DNA from: Camelus ferus | Lineage: Eukaryota | DNA length: 64,000 bases | Direction of reading: 5' to 3' | NCBI RefSeq assembly: GCF_009834535.1 | Contig: NC_045696.1 | Location: 57,476,001 to 57,540,000 of the forward strand | Part shown: piece after piece, positions 1 through 12,380 of the stretch | Numbering within the stretch: position 1 is the first letter of the stretch | Layout: every line of letters begins with the position of its first letter | Translations under genes and position numbers: made by a program | The notes under the pieces: generated by a model | Seen by the model: the letters and a program-made list of their open reading frames with translations, nothing else | Told to the model about the DNA's origin: nothing | Database searches by the model: none

Positions 1-25
1 GACAATCACAGAAAGATTTTCTTAC

Positions 26-125
26 CTTTTAACCTCAACAGTATAACAGGGACATTCTGCTCAGGACTGTTTGCAACTTCAGCAGCTAGAGATAAGATCC
101 TTGGGTCTGTACCTGTTGGCTTCAT
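26..125 (-). CDS. IQCB1: IQ calmodulin-binding motif-containing protein 1 (NPHP5), first coding exon (exon spans 26-137; gene continues beyond the window start)
   Basis: Minus strand reads MKPTGTDPRILSLAAEVANSPEQNVPVILLRLK+G, matching the IQCB1 N-terminus. Acceptor AG at 139-138, donor GTAAG at 25-21; 100 coding nt. Head-to-head synteny with EAF2. Confidence 0.95.
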
Positions 126-519
126 TTCTCATACCACCTATATTTTAGCAGAATCAGAAAAATAAAGATCAAACAGCCCTCATATATTCACCCTCTATAT
201 ATCTGAAATACAGTTTCAGTATAAATGAAAACCATTTTGCTTGGTTGAGAAGTGAAGGGTAGATTTTTCTCATTTCTTCCTTATAGCAAACTCTGGTTTT
301 CCCAACTAGTGTATCTGTAAAAGAGCTAGAGATCATCATACCTTGTCATAACAGCTACAGGAGGTACTGTTTATTATACACTCACTAAGAGTCAAAAACT
401 GTGCTTAACATTCACTCTCTCTAATCTGCACAACAATACTAGGTTAGGAATTAATTTTCTTTTATCATAAAAGAGAAACTGAGTGTACAGAAAAGAGCTA
501 ACACAAGCCTAAGACTGCT

Positions 520-1036
520 ATCATTTTTTAAAGATCACCTTACAAGGTTGGCCCGTGGCTGGTGTCTAGGAACTTGGATTTCAGAACTGTTTCCACCAGT
601 TTCCTAGTAAGAGTGACCAACTGGCCTAATCCGTTTGTAAAAACGACATGGTTTATGCTGAACACCTGCTTTCCTTCCTGAAGTTTGGAATTCTGGTATG
701 TGGTAGCAGAGGATGCCCACATGACCACCATTTGATAAAGACTCTGGTCACTGAGTCTCTAGTGAGTTACCCTAGTAGGCAACACTTCAACATGTTATTA
801 CAACACATTGTAGGAGGAATTAAGCTGTCTTATGTGACTCCACTGGAAGAGGACCCGTGGAAGTTTGCACCTATTTCCTCTGAATTTCACCTTATGTGCC
901 TTTTCCCTTTGCCAATCTTGCTTTTATCCTTTCACTGTAATAAGTCATAGCCATGAATGTAATTATATCCTGGGAACTATGAGCCCTCCTAGCAAATCAC
1001 TGAACATGGAGTAGGTCTTGGGGATCTCCAACACAC
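520..1036. mobile_element. Old LTR fragment, MER21-like
   Basis: Ends GGTCTTGGGGATCTCCAACACA and contains CTCCTAGCAAATCACTGAAC, resembling the MER21 consensus (recalled, not searched). Left boundary approximate. Confidence 0.6.
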
Positions 1037-1254
1037 AACTCATAAATGTTATTAAAAGATAACCAAAGCTTGTTTATAAATAGCATAATGAATAAAATCA
1101 ATTGTCTTAAAATTTTAAAAAAATCCACATTACAATTTAATTTATTGCTAAAATTTTTCTTCATAAAAGTTTTAATTTAAGGCATTCAAACCTCAAAGAT
1201 ACCATCATTTTTTAAAAAGTAAAATCTTTACTTACTTAGAATTAATGAAAGCTA

Positions 1255-1470
1255 ACATGTATTAAGTGTTTACTATGAACTAAGCATTGTGCTAAGTGCT
1301 TTGCAATGCATTATCTTATTAGCCCTCACAACAGGACTATGAGGTAGGGCCTGTAATCATCTCCATTTTACAGATTTAAAAAAAGTAAAGCTCAAAGAAG
1401 TTAATAAACTTGTCATGGTTCTACCAGCATGATGTGGTGGAGTCAGTATACAAATCCAGATTAGTTTACC
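1255..1470. mobile_element. MIR SINE relic
   Basis: MIR core motifs CCTCACAACA..TATGAGGTAGG..CCATTTTACAGAT. Confidence 0.65.
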
Positions 1471-1819
1471 ATTTTATATAATGTTCATTATATTGCCTCC
1501 CATGTAAAAGAGTAAGAAACACAAAACATATTCCCAAATGACCAACTTCTGACTCACTTGTTTTCCCTAACTCACTTTTTAAGCTATTATTCTTCATAAC
1601 TGGTACTACAGTTCATTCTTTATACTGAAGAGTTGACCATAATACATGGATCCAAAGATCATTCCTTAATAGGTAAAATATAAATCATCAAAAAACAAGT
1701 TTTTTGGAAATATTTTTAAAGCAAGCCCAACACCACTTGTGGCACATAGTAGGCATAAAACTTTCCAAGGGAATGGATATTGCATTCTTTCTAGAGTGCA
1801 TCAAAATATATTTAAACAT

Positions 1820-2600
1820 CTCCTCTATTAGAAGTCATTTAGTGTATGCTATTACAAGCAATGCTGCAATGAATATCAAAGTACAAGTTTTTACGTACTC
1901 ATGATAGTACTTTGCAGGCTGAATTTCCCTTGAAGTCAGGTGGCTGGGTAGGAGGATACATATTTTGAAATTTTTGATTAGATACCAAATTTTTTTCCAA
2001 AATGAGTGTTTCAATTTATATTTCCAACAATGTACAAAGGTGATCATTTTACTATACCTTCACTAATACATAATGTTATATTTTATGTTTTTGCCAATCT
2101 GCTGGGTGAAAAATGGTTATAATCTTGTTTTAATTTCTATTTCTTTGATAATTGGGAGGTTAGGAAGCTTTCATGTTCACTGGCCATTTCTTCTTTTATA
2201 TATTTTTCTATTCATATTCCCCAACAATTTTTCTATTGGCTTGTCTTATTATTTTGTAGAAGCTTTAAGCTTTTCACAGATGGATGTGAACCCTTAATCT
2301 TTTATACTGGCTGTAAACATTTTCTCCTTGCCTGAATTTTTTTTTAAGTCTGATTATAGTTTTACCATAGTTTTACAATTTTTATGTAGTCAAGTATAAC
2401 AATCTTTCCCTCTATGGCTTTTGCCTTTGATGTCATGTTTAGAAAGGTCCTTTCTATCTTAAAAGTTAAAATATATTCTCACTTTTTAAATTGTTTTTAT
2501 GGTTTTGTGTTACTTATATCTTCATTTACTTATAGCTTTATTTATATCTTCAATTCACATGTAAGTTATTTTTGTGAATGGTGTAAGGAAGCTAATTAAA
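1820..2600 (-). mobile_element. Ancient L1 (L1M-type) ORF2 3' fragment
   Basis: Degenerate similarity to the antisense L1 ORF2 ends seen elsewhere in the window (e.g. AATGCTGCAATGAATATC, GTTTTAATTTCTATTTCTTTGAT). Confidence 0.55.
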
Positions 2601-3797
2601 TTTTTTAAGTTAGATGAGGTTACAGATTGGTGGAAAAGAACAAGTGCACGTAACTGTCATAAATTCCTGAGGTAACTTATCATGAATGCATACAACAGAA
2701 ACAACCTGAAACATCACTTGGGTATATTTTTGGATTCTATTTAGTTCATTAATGTATCTGTTTATTCCTGGGCTAGTACAATATAGTTCATTTCAACATA
2801 TGATGAGAGAAAATTCTCATTAGAAGGTAAGCTTCATGAGGGCAAAACTCATACCATCCTCGGTGGCCACCTTCTTATCTCTTTGGTTCACTGGTATATT
2901 CCTAAAGGCTAGACTAGTGCTTGGGATGTGGTAGGTATTTAATACTAATAAATGTTGAAAGAATTAATAAATATACAAACTTTGGGCATTCCAAAACCTC
3001 AATTTCTTGATGCTCTGCTTTTCTCCTTGTTAGTAAATGGAAACCTCAGATTTCTAGTTGAAAGCCTTTTTAAGATAAAACAGGCTTAAAACTCTGTTCT
3101 TGCCCACTGGCTAATGTAACAAAACATCACTGAAACATTATCATCATCACCAAAAGTGTGCATAATCCTATGTTAGATGCAAGGGTCACAAAGATTTTAT
3201 ACAGCAGATTCCTCACTCATGTTCTGGTTGGAAAAGTATACACACATACCCATATATACTCATATGTAAAATAAAATATTTAATTATGTAAAATATGTTA
3301 AATGTCATAAAGATGACACAGATGATGAGGATAAAGACCACAAAGTCAGAGGACTGGGCTTCCCTGAACAAGCTTTCTATCTGTAAACAAAATAATAATT
3401 ACTACCTCTTAGAATAATTCAAGAGTTAGAATAGAAGGCAGCTACCAAGGATGGTCCTAAAGTGTTGCATGACAGTAAATTCTCAAAAACAATAACCATT
3501 TGGAGAACTTTTACTGTATGCCCATGAATTGTTTTAAATGCTTTCATGTGTTTATTCATTTAATCCTCTCAACAACTCTAAGGTATAAGTGCTATTATTT
3601 TTCCCCCAATTTTAATGATGAGCACATTTAACTTTGGTTTGCACAAAGTCACACTGTAGAGTATGACGCTGGGGTACTAACTCAGAGATTCTGGCTCCAG
3701 AACCTGAGCCCTTAACTACCAAGGAAACAGTCTTAATACGCCTTAAAAGAGTAGAATTTAGACAAACAGATAGGTTGAGGGAGACTCATTCATCTAC

Positions 3798-3864
3798 CTA
3801 CTTGGAATAATAAATTACAATACGCGAAGGTAAAGTAAGGGAGTAGTCTGATTCTGTGATTACC
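3798..3864 (-). other. IQCB1: Candidate non-coding 5' UTR exon of IQCB1
   Basis: Minus-strand TTTTTCAG acceptor ending at 3865. Possible donors are GTAGAT (3797) or GTAGGT (3801). It lies between the promoter and the first coding exon. No transcript evidence. Confidence 0.3.
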
Positions 3865-4059
3865 CTGAAAAACCACCACTGCTATGGCAACCATTTGTAA
3901 ACTAATTCTCTTGGGTGCTTCTCCTCTAATACAGCACTTTTCTCATCTTTACCCTTAAACTCACGAACTTTTGACAGGAAAAAAAGACAATTATTTTTCA
4001 ATTATTAATGCTATTACCCTGTTGCCAGAGCACAAGCTCCGGCCTTGACCTTCTGGGAA

Positions 4060-5200
4060 GTTTGTCTCCGTGGCCGTGCGGTTACTGCCTCCACGGATCA
4101 CTGTGAAGGAAAGAAGTGAAGAAGGCAACCCAATCTAGTTGCAAACGAGCCTAAATATCTGCAGCTCCTAACTCTGAACCTTTTTCCCGTCTTTCCCCCA
4201 ACCCCCCAACCCCCACCCCCACCCCTGCTCTCTGTCGCGGTCCTAATACCACCGGGAACTTGCTCTGGAACATAGTCAGAAGACGACTGCTGAGGTAACG
4301 GCGTCGCTCGGGTCAGGTCCAAGGACCGCGGAGCTCTACTCCAGATTCTAGACCCCGCTTTGGCGCTGCGAGGCCTTGGGCAAGACACCAGGCCTCGTGC
4401 CCAGGCCCCGCCCCTCCCCAGGCCTCAGTTTCCACCCCAGATCTCCACAGAAAGGGCGTGGAGCAGGCCGACTCTTCTCTTAAGAACGCCTAAATGCCAG
4501 GTCACTTGGTCCAGAAGCCAAGTATCCGGGCCTCCCGGTACCCCGGGACCCTCTGCTTCCCTAACTGGCACCTCAGGTCCGCTACCTCATTCCCGCTTCA
4601 CGTTCCTCCACCAAAGGACCCGACTCCCACCGCGCACCTCAGAAGCGCGGCCTTCTTCGGGCGGCGTGCGTCTCAACGCGGGAAGTCGGGCGGGGCTACG
4701 GGACCAGGAGCCTCGGGGCCAAGGGGCGGGGCGCCCTCTCCAGGCAGCCAATCAGCACGCGAGGGGCGCCGGAGGGGCCGCGCTTGTCCGGCGCGGGGCG
4801 GGGTCTGTGGTGGCTGCCCCGGCTGCAGCAAGTGCAGCTGCTTTAGGCTGAGGTGGCAGATGGTAATGAGCGCTGGTGGCCGAAGCCAAGTCGGAGCTGG
4901 AGGATAATGATGAATGGAGTAGCGAGACCCTCGCATATTGACAGTCGCGAGCGGATTCTCAAGTTAGGCGAGAGTTTTGAGAAGCAGCCGCGCTGCGCCT
5001 TCCACACAGTGCGCTGTGAGTACGGACGACGCCGGGAGGGAAAAGGGGGAGCTCTGGTTATGCGGGTGCAGAGAGACAACCCTCCCCAAGTCGTGTTCGC
5101 ACATACCTTCTTATTCTGAAGGAAAGTGGCTGCCCAACGTGATCCACTGCCTTGTCCCGCGTCCTAGGGTATCGGTGGAAGCAGCTGCGTGGAGCAGCTG
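4060..5200. promoter_or_regulatory. CpG island / bidirectional promoter shared by IQCB1 (-) and EAF2 (+)
   Basis: Sharp GC/CpG enrichment against an AT-rich background. ETS-like CGGGAAGT at 4679-4686, GC boxes at 4688-4695, 4723-4731 and 4795-4803, CCAAT box at 4748-4752. No obvious TATA box. Confidence 0.9.
4910..5015 (+). CDS. EAF2: ELL-associated factor 2, coding exon 1 (an in-frame ATG also exists at 4907)
   Basis: MNGVARPSHIDSRERILKLGESFEKQPRCAFHTVR matches the EAF2 N-terminus. Donor GTGAG at 5016; 106 nt. Confidence 0.95.
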
Positions 5201-5332
5201 TGGGTAATTTGGGGCAGAAATTTAAGTTAAGACCAACAGGCAGAAAGGGGTATTTTGTGGAGGTCTGCAGGAGTGACTATGGATAGGAGATAGACATGAC
5301 GGGTGGATGATGCAGAGATGGAAGGGAAAATT

Positions 5333-5659
5333 CAATTGACCCTTGAACAAGGCAGGGGTTAGGGGCGTGGATCCCGCGCAGTGGAAAATCCACATATTGC
5401 TCTCTCTGCCTCAAAAACTAAAGAATTGATACGTGACTCACCCAAGGTCCGGAAGCTGAAACCATTTGGATAGAATCAGGACTCAACCCCTAGTTCTTTT
5501 AATTCCGCGTATTGTGATCTCTAATCGAACAAACTTTTCCCACACTTCGTTAATTTAAAATCTCTAAAGATGAAAATACAGATACTATATGTATTGAAAA
5601 AAAATCCGCAAGGAAGTGGACCCTTGCAGTTTACACCCTTGTTATTCAAGGGACAACAG
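5333..5659. mobile_element. Tigger-family (TcMar) non-autonomous DNA transposon relic
   Basis: Terminal inverted repeats CAATTGACCCTTGAACAA / TTATTCAAGGGACAACAG. Confidence 0.7.
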
Positions 5660-7653
5660 TAATAAGGTGACAAATGGAAGAGAGCGAAGGACTGAACTAT
5701 TATTATGCTGGGGAAAGGGATTGCCTTTAGGTTGGTGGGGAAATAGTCTCTTTACTTTAGGTATTTCTGGCTGATGAGGGTTCTTATTTAAGTGTGTTCC
5801 CAGAGAGAGATTCTGGACCATTTTAATAATCTGTATCTCTTTTGGACTCCCAATTTCAGTCAATCATCAAATACTGGTTATCAAAGTATTGAAGGATGTA
5901 TTATTAATTTATTAGAAAGATATTTCCCCCCTATGATTTATCCTTTTGGTTTCCTTTTGGTTGTCTTCTGGAACTAGTTTTGATACATTTTTGTATTTTA
6001 TGTTGTTGAAGTAGAAAATGGAGCTCTTTTGCTTTAATAATTGGATGATGTAAGTTTCAGGAAGAAAAATATAGTATATTATGATTTGGTATGTAAAACA
6101 TTCATTCTTTGCCCTCATAGAATTATAGAGTGGGAAGGAAACTTTGAGATCATTGAATCATAACCTCTTATTTTTCTGTGGCAAATTGTAAAGTAGGTAT
6201 TATTTCACTTCCTCTTGCTAGCCCTGCCCTTCCTTAGTGTCTCATCACTCCACCTTTTTCAGTTATTCTGGCCTTAGACTGTTCAAAGATCTTTATGGTT
6301 TTTATTCTGAAGTATTTCATGCTTCAATCAGAACACCCAATTAAAATTCACATTTTACAGAAGTTTACTTAAGTTCGACACAATCTAATTACAGTAACTC
6401 ACAGTAAAGGTATGAAGAACCAATAGGTTTAACTCTCTATGGATATATTTACATTTTATAAAAGGGTTTTATTTAGCAAAATTGATATCCAATTGATAGA
6501 ATAAATGGGAAGACATTTGCAAACAGATCTCAACAGTGTTCCTTTTTGTTCTTCTTTACCATACTTTGTGGTCCAGGGCTTACCACAGTGAGACAGCTAG
6601 TGCTGGCTGTGCAGTTTCTCTCTTTCTTCAGTCTCGTTTTCCAAAAATATGATATAGTTCTTATCTGGTTTCTCCGTGCCTTTCTCTTAAATAATATCTT
6701 CTCTCTCTCCTTTCCTCTTCTTTCTTAGGTATGCAGTAGTCTTAGTATTAATTTTTTTAATTACAAGGTTTAAGATTACACAATTTTGCTCAAGAAACAA
6801 AAATTTTCAAAATGCTGGAATTGTGTCTTCAGAATTAGAGAATTGGATGATCTAGTTACAAGAATGAAAATAGAACAGCAATAATAATAACCACAATAAA
6901 CCCAGATGTTTGAATACACTTTTAGTCCTATGGAAGACATTATAAAAGTTTTCAGCCCTTAGTTTTATTCTTCTTGTTGAAGCAGATAGAACTTTTCTAG
7001 ATTTATTAAAATAAAACCAATCATTATTCTTGAGGATAGGTTCATTTCCCATATAATTCTTACTCTTAAAGACTCAGAGTGAGGGATAGAAACTATAGAA
7101 TAGGAGTTCTGACTTTGATACAGGTGAACCTAATTTGTTTCCTTTTAATTGTACATTTTTCTTTCTGGAAACAAAGAATATTTATTATTTTTACTTTATT
7201 TATCAGTACTACATGTGAAAGTATGTTTTTCTTCAGGGAGAATAAATAAGACCTTGTTTCTGTTTTTTAAAAAATATATTCATGTTTAAGCTCTGTAATG
7301 AAGTAGAACAGAAAATACACAAATACATTAATTCAGCTTTTCTATAGACTGTGGAACTTTAGACAATTCACTTTAAGATGCTAAGTTCATCTTACCTATA
7401 GAATGAAGCAATAAATTCAACCATTCTCATTTTTTATTAAAATTATTAAATGCCTTTAAATTGATAGGTATGTGAAAAATACAGTGTTTCCAGTATCAGT
7501 TTTACATAATGCTCACAATTTTCATTCATTCACTCAATGTAAATATTGTTATAATCTAAGTTTTTTAACAGGAAGGGTGTGAAAATATTGAAAGTATCAT
7601 GATAATTCGTAAGGATGATTCAAATATATTTTAGCATGACATTTATTTATTTT

Positions 7654-7880
7654 AAATTTTTTTGAAACATAGTTAATATACAATACTATGTTAGTTTCAG
7701 GTGTGCTACATTATGATTTGGCATTTGCATACAGTTATGAAATGATCACCACAATAAGTCTAGTAACCGTCTGTCCCCACAGAGTTATTACAATATTATT
7801 GACCGTGTTCCTTATGTTGTGTATTACATCCTTGTGACTTGTTTATTATAACTGGAGGTTTGTACCTCTTAATCCCGTTC
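7654..7880 (-). mobile_element. L1 3' UTR fragment
   Basis: T-rich tail followed by TTAGTTTCAGGTGTG..CATTATGATTTG, similar to other L1 3' ends in the window. Confidence 0.65.
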
Positions 7881-9146
7881 AGGGTGGATTTAATTTATAA
7901 CACTCAAAACAGTGTTACCTGAAAGAAAGTAATATCCTATCTTTATGTACTTAGGTAATTGTACCTGTTCAGTATGCGGAGGCTTTGGAAAAACCTGGGT
8001 ATGAATTCTGACCTTTACCACCTATATATGCAGTGTACCTTCGGTAACATTATCTAAGCTTTCAGCCTCAGTTTTCTTATATGTAAAATAGTGATAATAA
8101 TATCTACATTTCAGAGTTTCAGGATTAAATAAGATAGTATTGACAACCTAGCACAGTATTTGGACAGAATAAATAGTAGTCACCATTATTCTTGAAGGGT
8201 TATATTCATGTGTGTATAAGGAGTACCAATACATGTAATTTACTTAGACTTTCAAAAAGCATTTATCAGGGCTTTGCAATAAAACCTATCAAAAAGATAG
8301 CTTGGCGTGTGGTAGGGAGGACGTGGGATGTTCCATAAATGATAAAATAAATGCTTAGCAGCAGATGCCTCACTCAGTAGAAGACCTTGAGCAACAGGAC
8401 TCACTAAAATAAATTTTGGTTTGGGCTAATACTAGTTTTACAATTTATATCATATAAGGGAATAAAGATTGAAATTCTTAAGGCTGTAAATGACACCACT
8501 TTTTGCTGTCACAAAATAATGAGCTCATGGGCATTGACTACAGAAAGATTGTCTGGGACATCAAGGGGAGCCATTCCCAAAAAAAGTGGTTGTTAAGCTT
8601 TGGTGTGAGCAAATATTAGAAAATACGCTAATGAAATATAGGATTAAAATTATATTTACAGTTAATGTTCTCTGATTAGTGTGGTATATTGGAAAGGGTG
8701 TGGGTTTTAGAGTTAGTTAAATTAATTCAAATCCCAGGAAATAAATTTATGATACTAATTGTGGACTCTTTCATGAAGATATTGACATTGTGTGATGCTA
8801 CAGCCAAGTAGTCAGAAAAGTGAGCAACACTAACAGAAAAATATTAAGTACAAAGCAGGAAATGTTTTTCTACTCTTTATGTAATATAAGTAATTATATT
8901 ATAAACCTGAAGAAAATAATATAGATGAAGGAAAGCCAGAGAGAATAAATAAATGATAAAATTAGTGGTGAGTTTTCCAAACCAAGAAAAACTAAAAGAA
9001 ATAAACTATTTGGCCTGGAATCAGCAACTTAGAAGAAAATATATTTGACATTTGGAAGCATTTGGAAAGCATGAACATGAAAATCATTCAACAAATTCTG
9101 TAATTCTAGAGCTATTAACCCCTTGACACTCATAAGTTGTATTCTT

Positions 9147-9508
9147 TTGTTTTCTTTTCTTTCCTTTTTCAGTTTTTTAGGTAGAATTATTACAGTTTGA
9201 CTGCACATATACATTATATTGCATGTAAATACAATATATACAATATACTGTACTTTTTTTAGTTTATATATATTTACTAATCGTTGTTTCTAAGAGAAGA
9301 TTAGAGCTTTAGCTTTTTAAACTTACATAGTTATCAAAGGAGTAAAGCCAACCATAAAATTAGAATCAACAAAAATGTGGTGATCCAATCATACAGGACA
9401 GTCAAATGTGCTTACACATATTCAAGAAATCAATCATCTAAGTTATAAATAATAAGTAATTCATTTGTATCCTTATTATTATTATTATTATTATTATTAT
9501 TGTTATTA

Positions 9509-9550
<42 letters not shown>

Positions 9551-10553
9551 TAGATTCCACATGTAAGTGATATCATATGGAATTTTTCTTTCTCTTTCCA
9601 GACTAGTTCACTTAGAATGATGATCTTCAGGTCCATCCATATTTCTGCAAAAGGCATTATTTTATTCTTTTTTATGACTAAGTAGTGTTCCATTGTATAT
9701 GCGTACCACATCTTCTTTATTCAGCCATCTGTTGATGGACATTTGGATTGTTTCTAAGTCTTGGCTATTGTAAATAGTGCTGCTGTGAACATTGGCATAC
9801 ACATGTCTTTTTGAATTTTATTTTTCCCTGGTTATATGCCTAGGAATGGGATTGCAGGATCACACGGTAAGTCTATTTTCAGTTTTTTAAGGAACCTCCA
9901 TACTGTCCTCCATAGTGGCTACACCAGTCTGCACTTCCACCAGCAGTGTAGGAGGGTTCCCTTTTCTCTGCACCCTCTCCAGCATCTATCGTTTGTAGAC
10001 TTTTCAATGATGGCCATTCTGGCTGGTGTGAGGTGATATCTCATAGTTTTGATATGCATCTCTCTGACAATTAGTGATACTGAGCATTTTTTCATGTGTT
10101 TATTGGCCATTCATATGTCTTCATTGGAGAATTGCTTGTTTAAGTCTCTTGCCCATTTTTGGATTGGATTGCTTGTTTCTTTGACATTAAGATGTATGAG
10201 CTGTTAGTATGTTTTGGAAGTTAGTCCCTCGTCGGTTGCATCATTTGCAAATATTTTCTCTCATTCTGTTGGTTGTCTTTTTGTTTTGTTGATGGTATTC
10301 TTAGCTGTGCAAAAGCTTTTAAGTTTAATTAGGTCCTATTTGTTTATTTTTGTTTTTATTTCCATTACTCCAGGAGCTGGTTCAAAAAATATACTGCTGT
10401 GATGTATGTCCGTGGGTGTTCTGCCTATGTTTTCCTCTAGGAGTTTTATAGAATCTGGCCTTACATTAGGTCTTTAATACATTTTGAGTTTATTTCTGTG
10501 CATGGTGTTAGAGAATGTTCTAATTTCTGTCTTTCACAGGTAGCTGTACAGTT
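9147..10553 (-). mobile_element. 5'-truncated L1 with atypical (chimeric) 3' segment
   Basis: L1 ORF2 C-terminal sequence at 9552-10553; 17-bp TSD TCATAAGTTGTATTCTT at 9130-9146 and 10554-10570. Confidence 0.9.
9473..9551. repeat. (TTA)n microsatellite at the position of the L1 3' UTR internal A-tract
   Basis: About 26 TTA units with two interruptions. Confidence 0.95.
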
Positions 10554-11002
10554 TCATAAGTTGTATTCTTAAAAAGAAACTTGTATGAAGGTAAATAGAA
10601 GACAACACTACTTAATATAACAAGTAATAAAAACTGGAATTTATTAATTCTAACAGTAAAAATAATTAGAAACATAGATTCAGAATAATTTTGCTAGACT
10701 TACTGGTTATAAATTACTGCTTATCATTAAGTAAAGCTGCAGATACTTTGAGTACATTTCTGTCTGTTATAGGTATCTTATAATATCCTATGAACATCTA
10801 TGGCATGGGCTTCAAGGGCTTGTGAATCCCTTGAAATTACATAGTATTTGATATGTATGTTAATAAATGCATTTTTCTGCAGAGAGGATCTATGGCTGGT
10901 CTATAATTTCTTCAGATTCCCATAGGGACTTATAACTGTCCCTCATCTAACACCACCCTTGCTGCCCCAACACATACACACACAAATTCAGAACTGTGGA
11001 TC

Positions 11003-11154
11003 AAGGGAGGAGGATATAGCTCAATGGTAGAGTATGTGCCTAGCCTGCATGAGGTCCTGGGTTCAATTCCCAGTGCCTCCATTAAACAAATAAATGAATA
11101 AGTAAGTAAACCTAATTACCACCACCCCTCAAAAAAAAAATAAATATTTAAAAA
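11003..11154 (+). mobile_element. tRNA-derived SINE (camelid Vic-1-like)
   Basis: Pol III A box TAGCTCAATGG, B box GGTTCAATTCC, A-rich tail; TSD AGAACTGTGGATC at 10990-11002 and 11155-11167. Confidence 0.9.
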
Positions 11155-12285
11155 AGAACTGTGGATCTAAGGCAAAGAGACTATATAATATGGAGTGGGT
11201 AGAGTATGTGACTTGAGTTCATTACTTTAGAGGGATTCACCATTGGTAAAATATGGATGAGAATATTCAACTCAAAGAGTTGTTATAAAAATCAAAAGTA
11301 ATGATATAAAGAAAAAGAATCAGCTTTTAAACACTGAACAGAGGTTATAGATTAACAGCCTATCAGCTGATTTTGAATTTAGAGATGCTTTCTTTGACTC
11401 ACACAGTTGTTTTAACATGAATTAGTTGTAAATACCCCAAAATCAAGATCTTTTATACAAAAATCTGGATTACCGGCCTCTCTTTAAAAAAACAGAAGAT
11501 AATCTGGCAATAGCAAAGGAATTCTATATCAGAATTATTATTAGTCATTGATACATATTGATGTGAATTATTTTTCAAGTAACTTTCATATCTTAGTGGT
11601 TTTTAAGCTTGTTCAGCATATGAAGTATCTCAGCACCCTAAATTTGTTCTCAGTGATATATTTTAATATCATTTGAATTATGATTTAATTCAAAACAAAA
11701 ACTTCTTTTAATTTCTTCTGGCAGATTTAGTTAAATTTACACATCTTTTAGTGGCATATATTTCTATGAAAAACTCAAGCTGTTAAACTAAATAAATTTT
11801 TTTAAAAAGTTTCCCCTTAAGTATGTGTGTGCTGTGTTTTCACTCATTTTGTATTCTGCTAGGACAACAGGCAAGTGGTAGTAGGTGCCGAAGATGGTTT
11901 TTAAAAATGTATGGGAGAATAAGGCTGAAAATTGAAAATGTTCTACTGATAACAGTTTTTAGCAAATTGCGAAGATACTGACATTATTTAGTTTTTAGCA
12001 GTAGAACACCTTAGTCTAGTTCATCTTGATGTAAACAGAATCCCAAGGGATCATGATTTGAGGAATATTGTTTTAGAGTATAGCTATTTCTTTTTTTCTC
12101 AGAATTACACATACAGAAATAAACTGTACTGTGTTTTATTTGTAACATTAAGACCCTTCTAACCCTTTTTAATTACTGGCTGTTGAAAAATGATTTATCA
12201 CTCTGAAGCATGCTCATATTTTTGATATACAGATGTTCAGATATTGTTCCATCTCATAAAAATCTGTATCTGTATCTATTTTTAG

Positions 12286-12380
12286 ATGACTTCAAACCTG
12301 CCTCTATTGACACTTCTTGTGAAGGAGAGCTTGAAGTCGGCAAAGGTGAACAAGTGACAATTACTCTGCCAAATATAGAA
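12286..12380 (+). CDS. EAF2: EAF2 exon 2
   Basis: tttttAG acceptor, (Y)[31 protein letters not shown], donor GTGAGT; 95 nt; phase fits exon 1. Confidence 0.96.

Noticed and set aside
4098..5207. Several overlapping 76-163 aa ORFs around the promoter
   Set aside because: These are expected from stop-codon depletion in a GC-rich CpG island. Only the EAF2 exon 1 segment matches a known protein.
11005..11080. tRNA gene
   Set aside because: It has A and B boxes but continues into an A-rich tail, is flanked by a 13-bp TSD and has a second copy at 35399-35541. It is a SINE.
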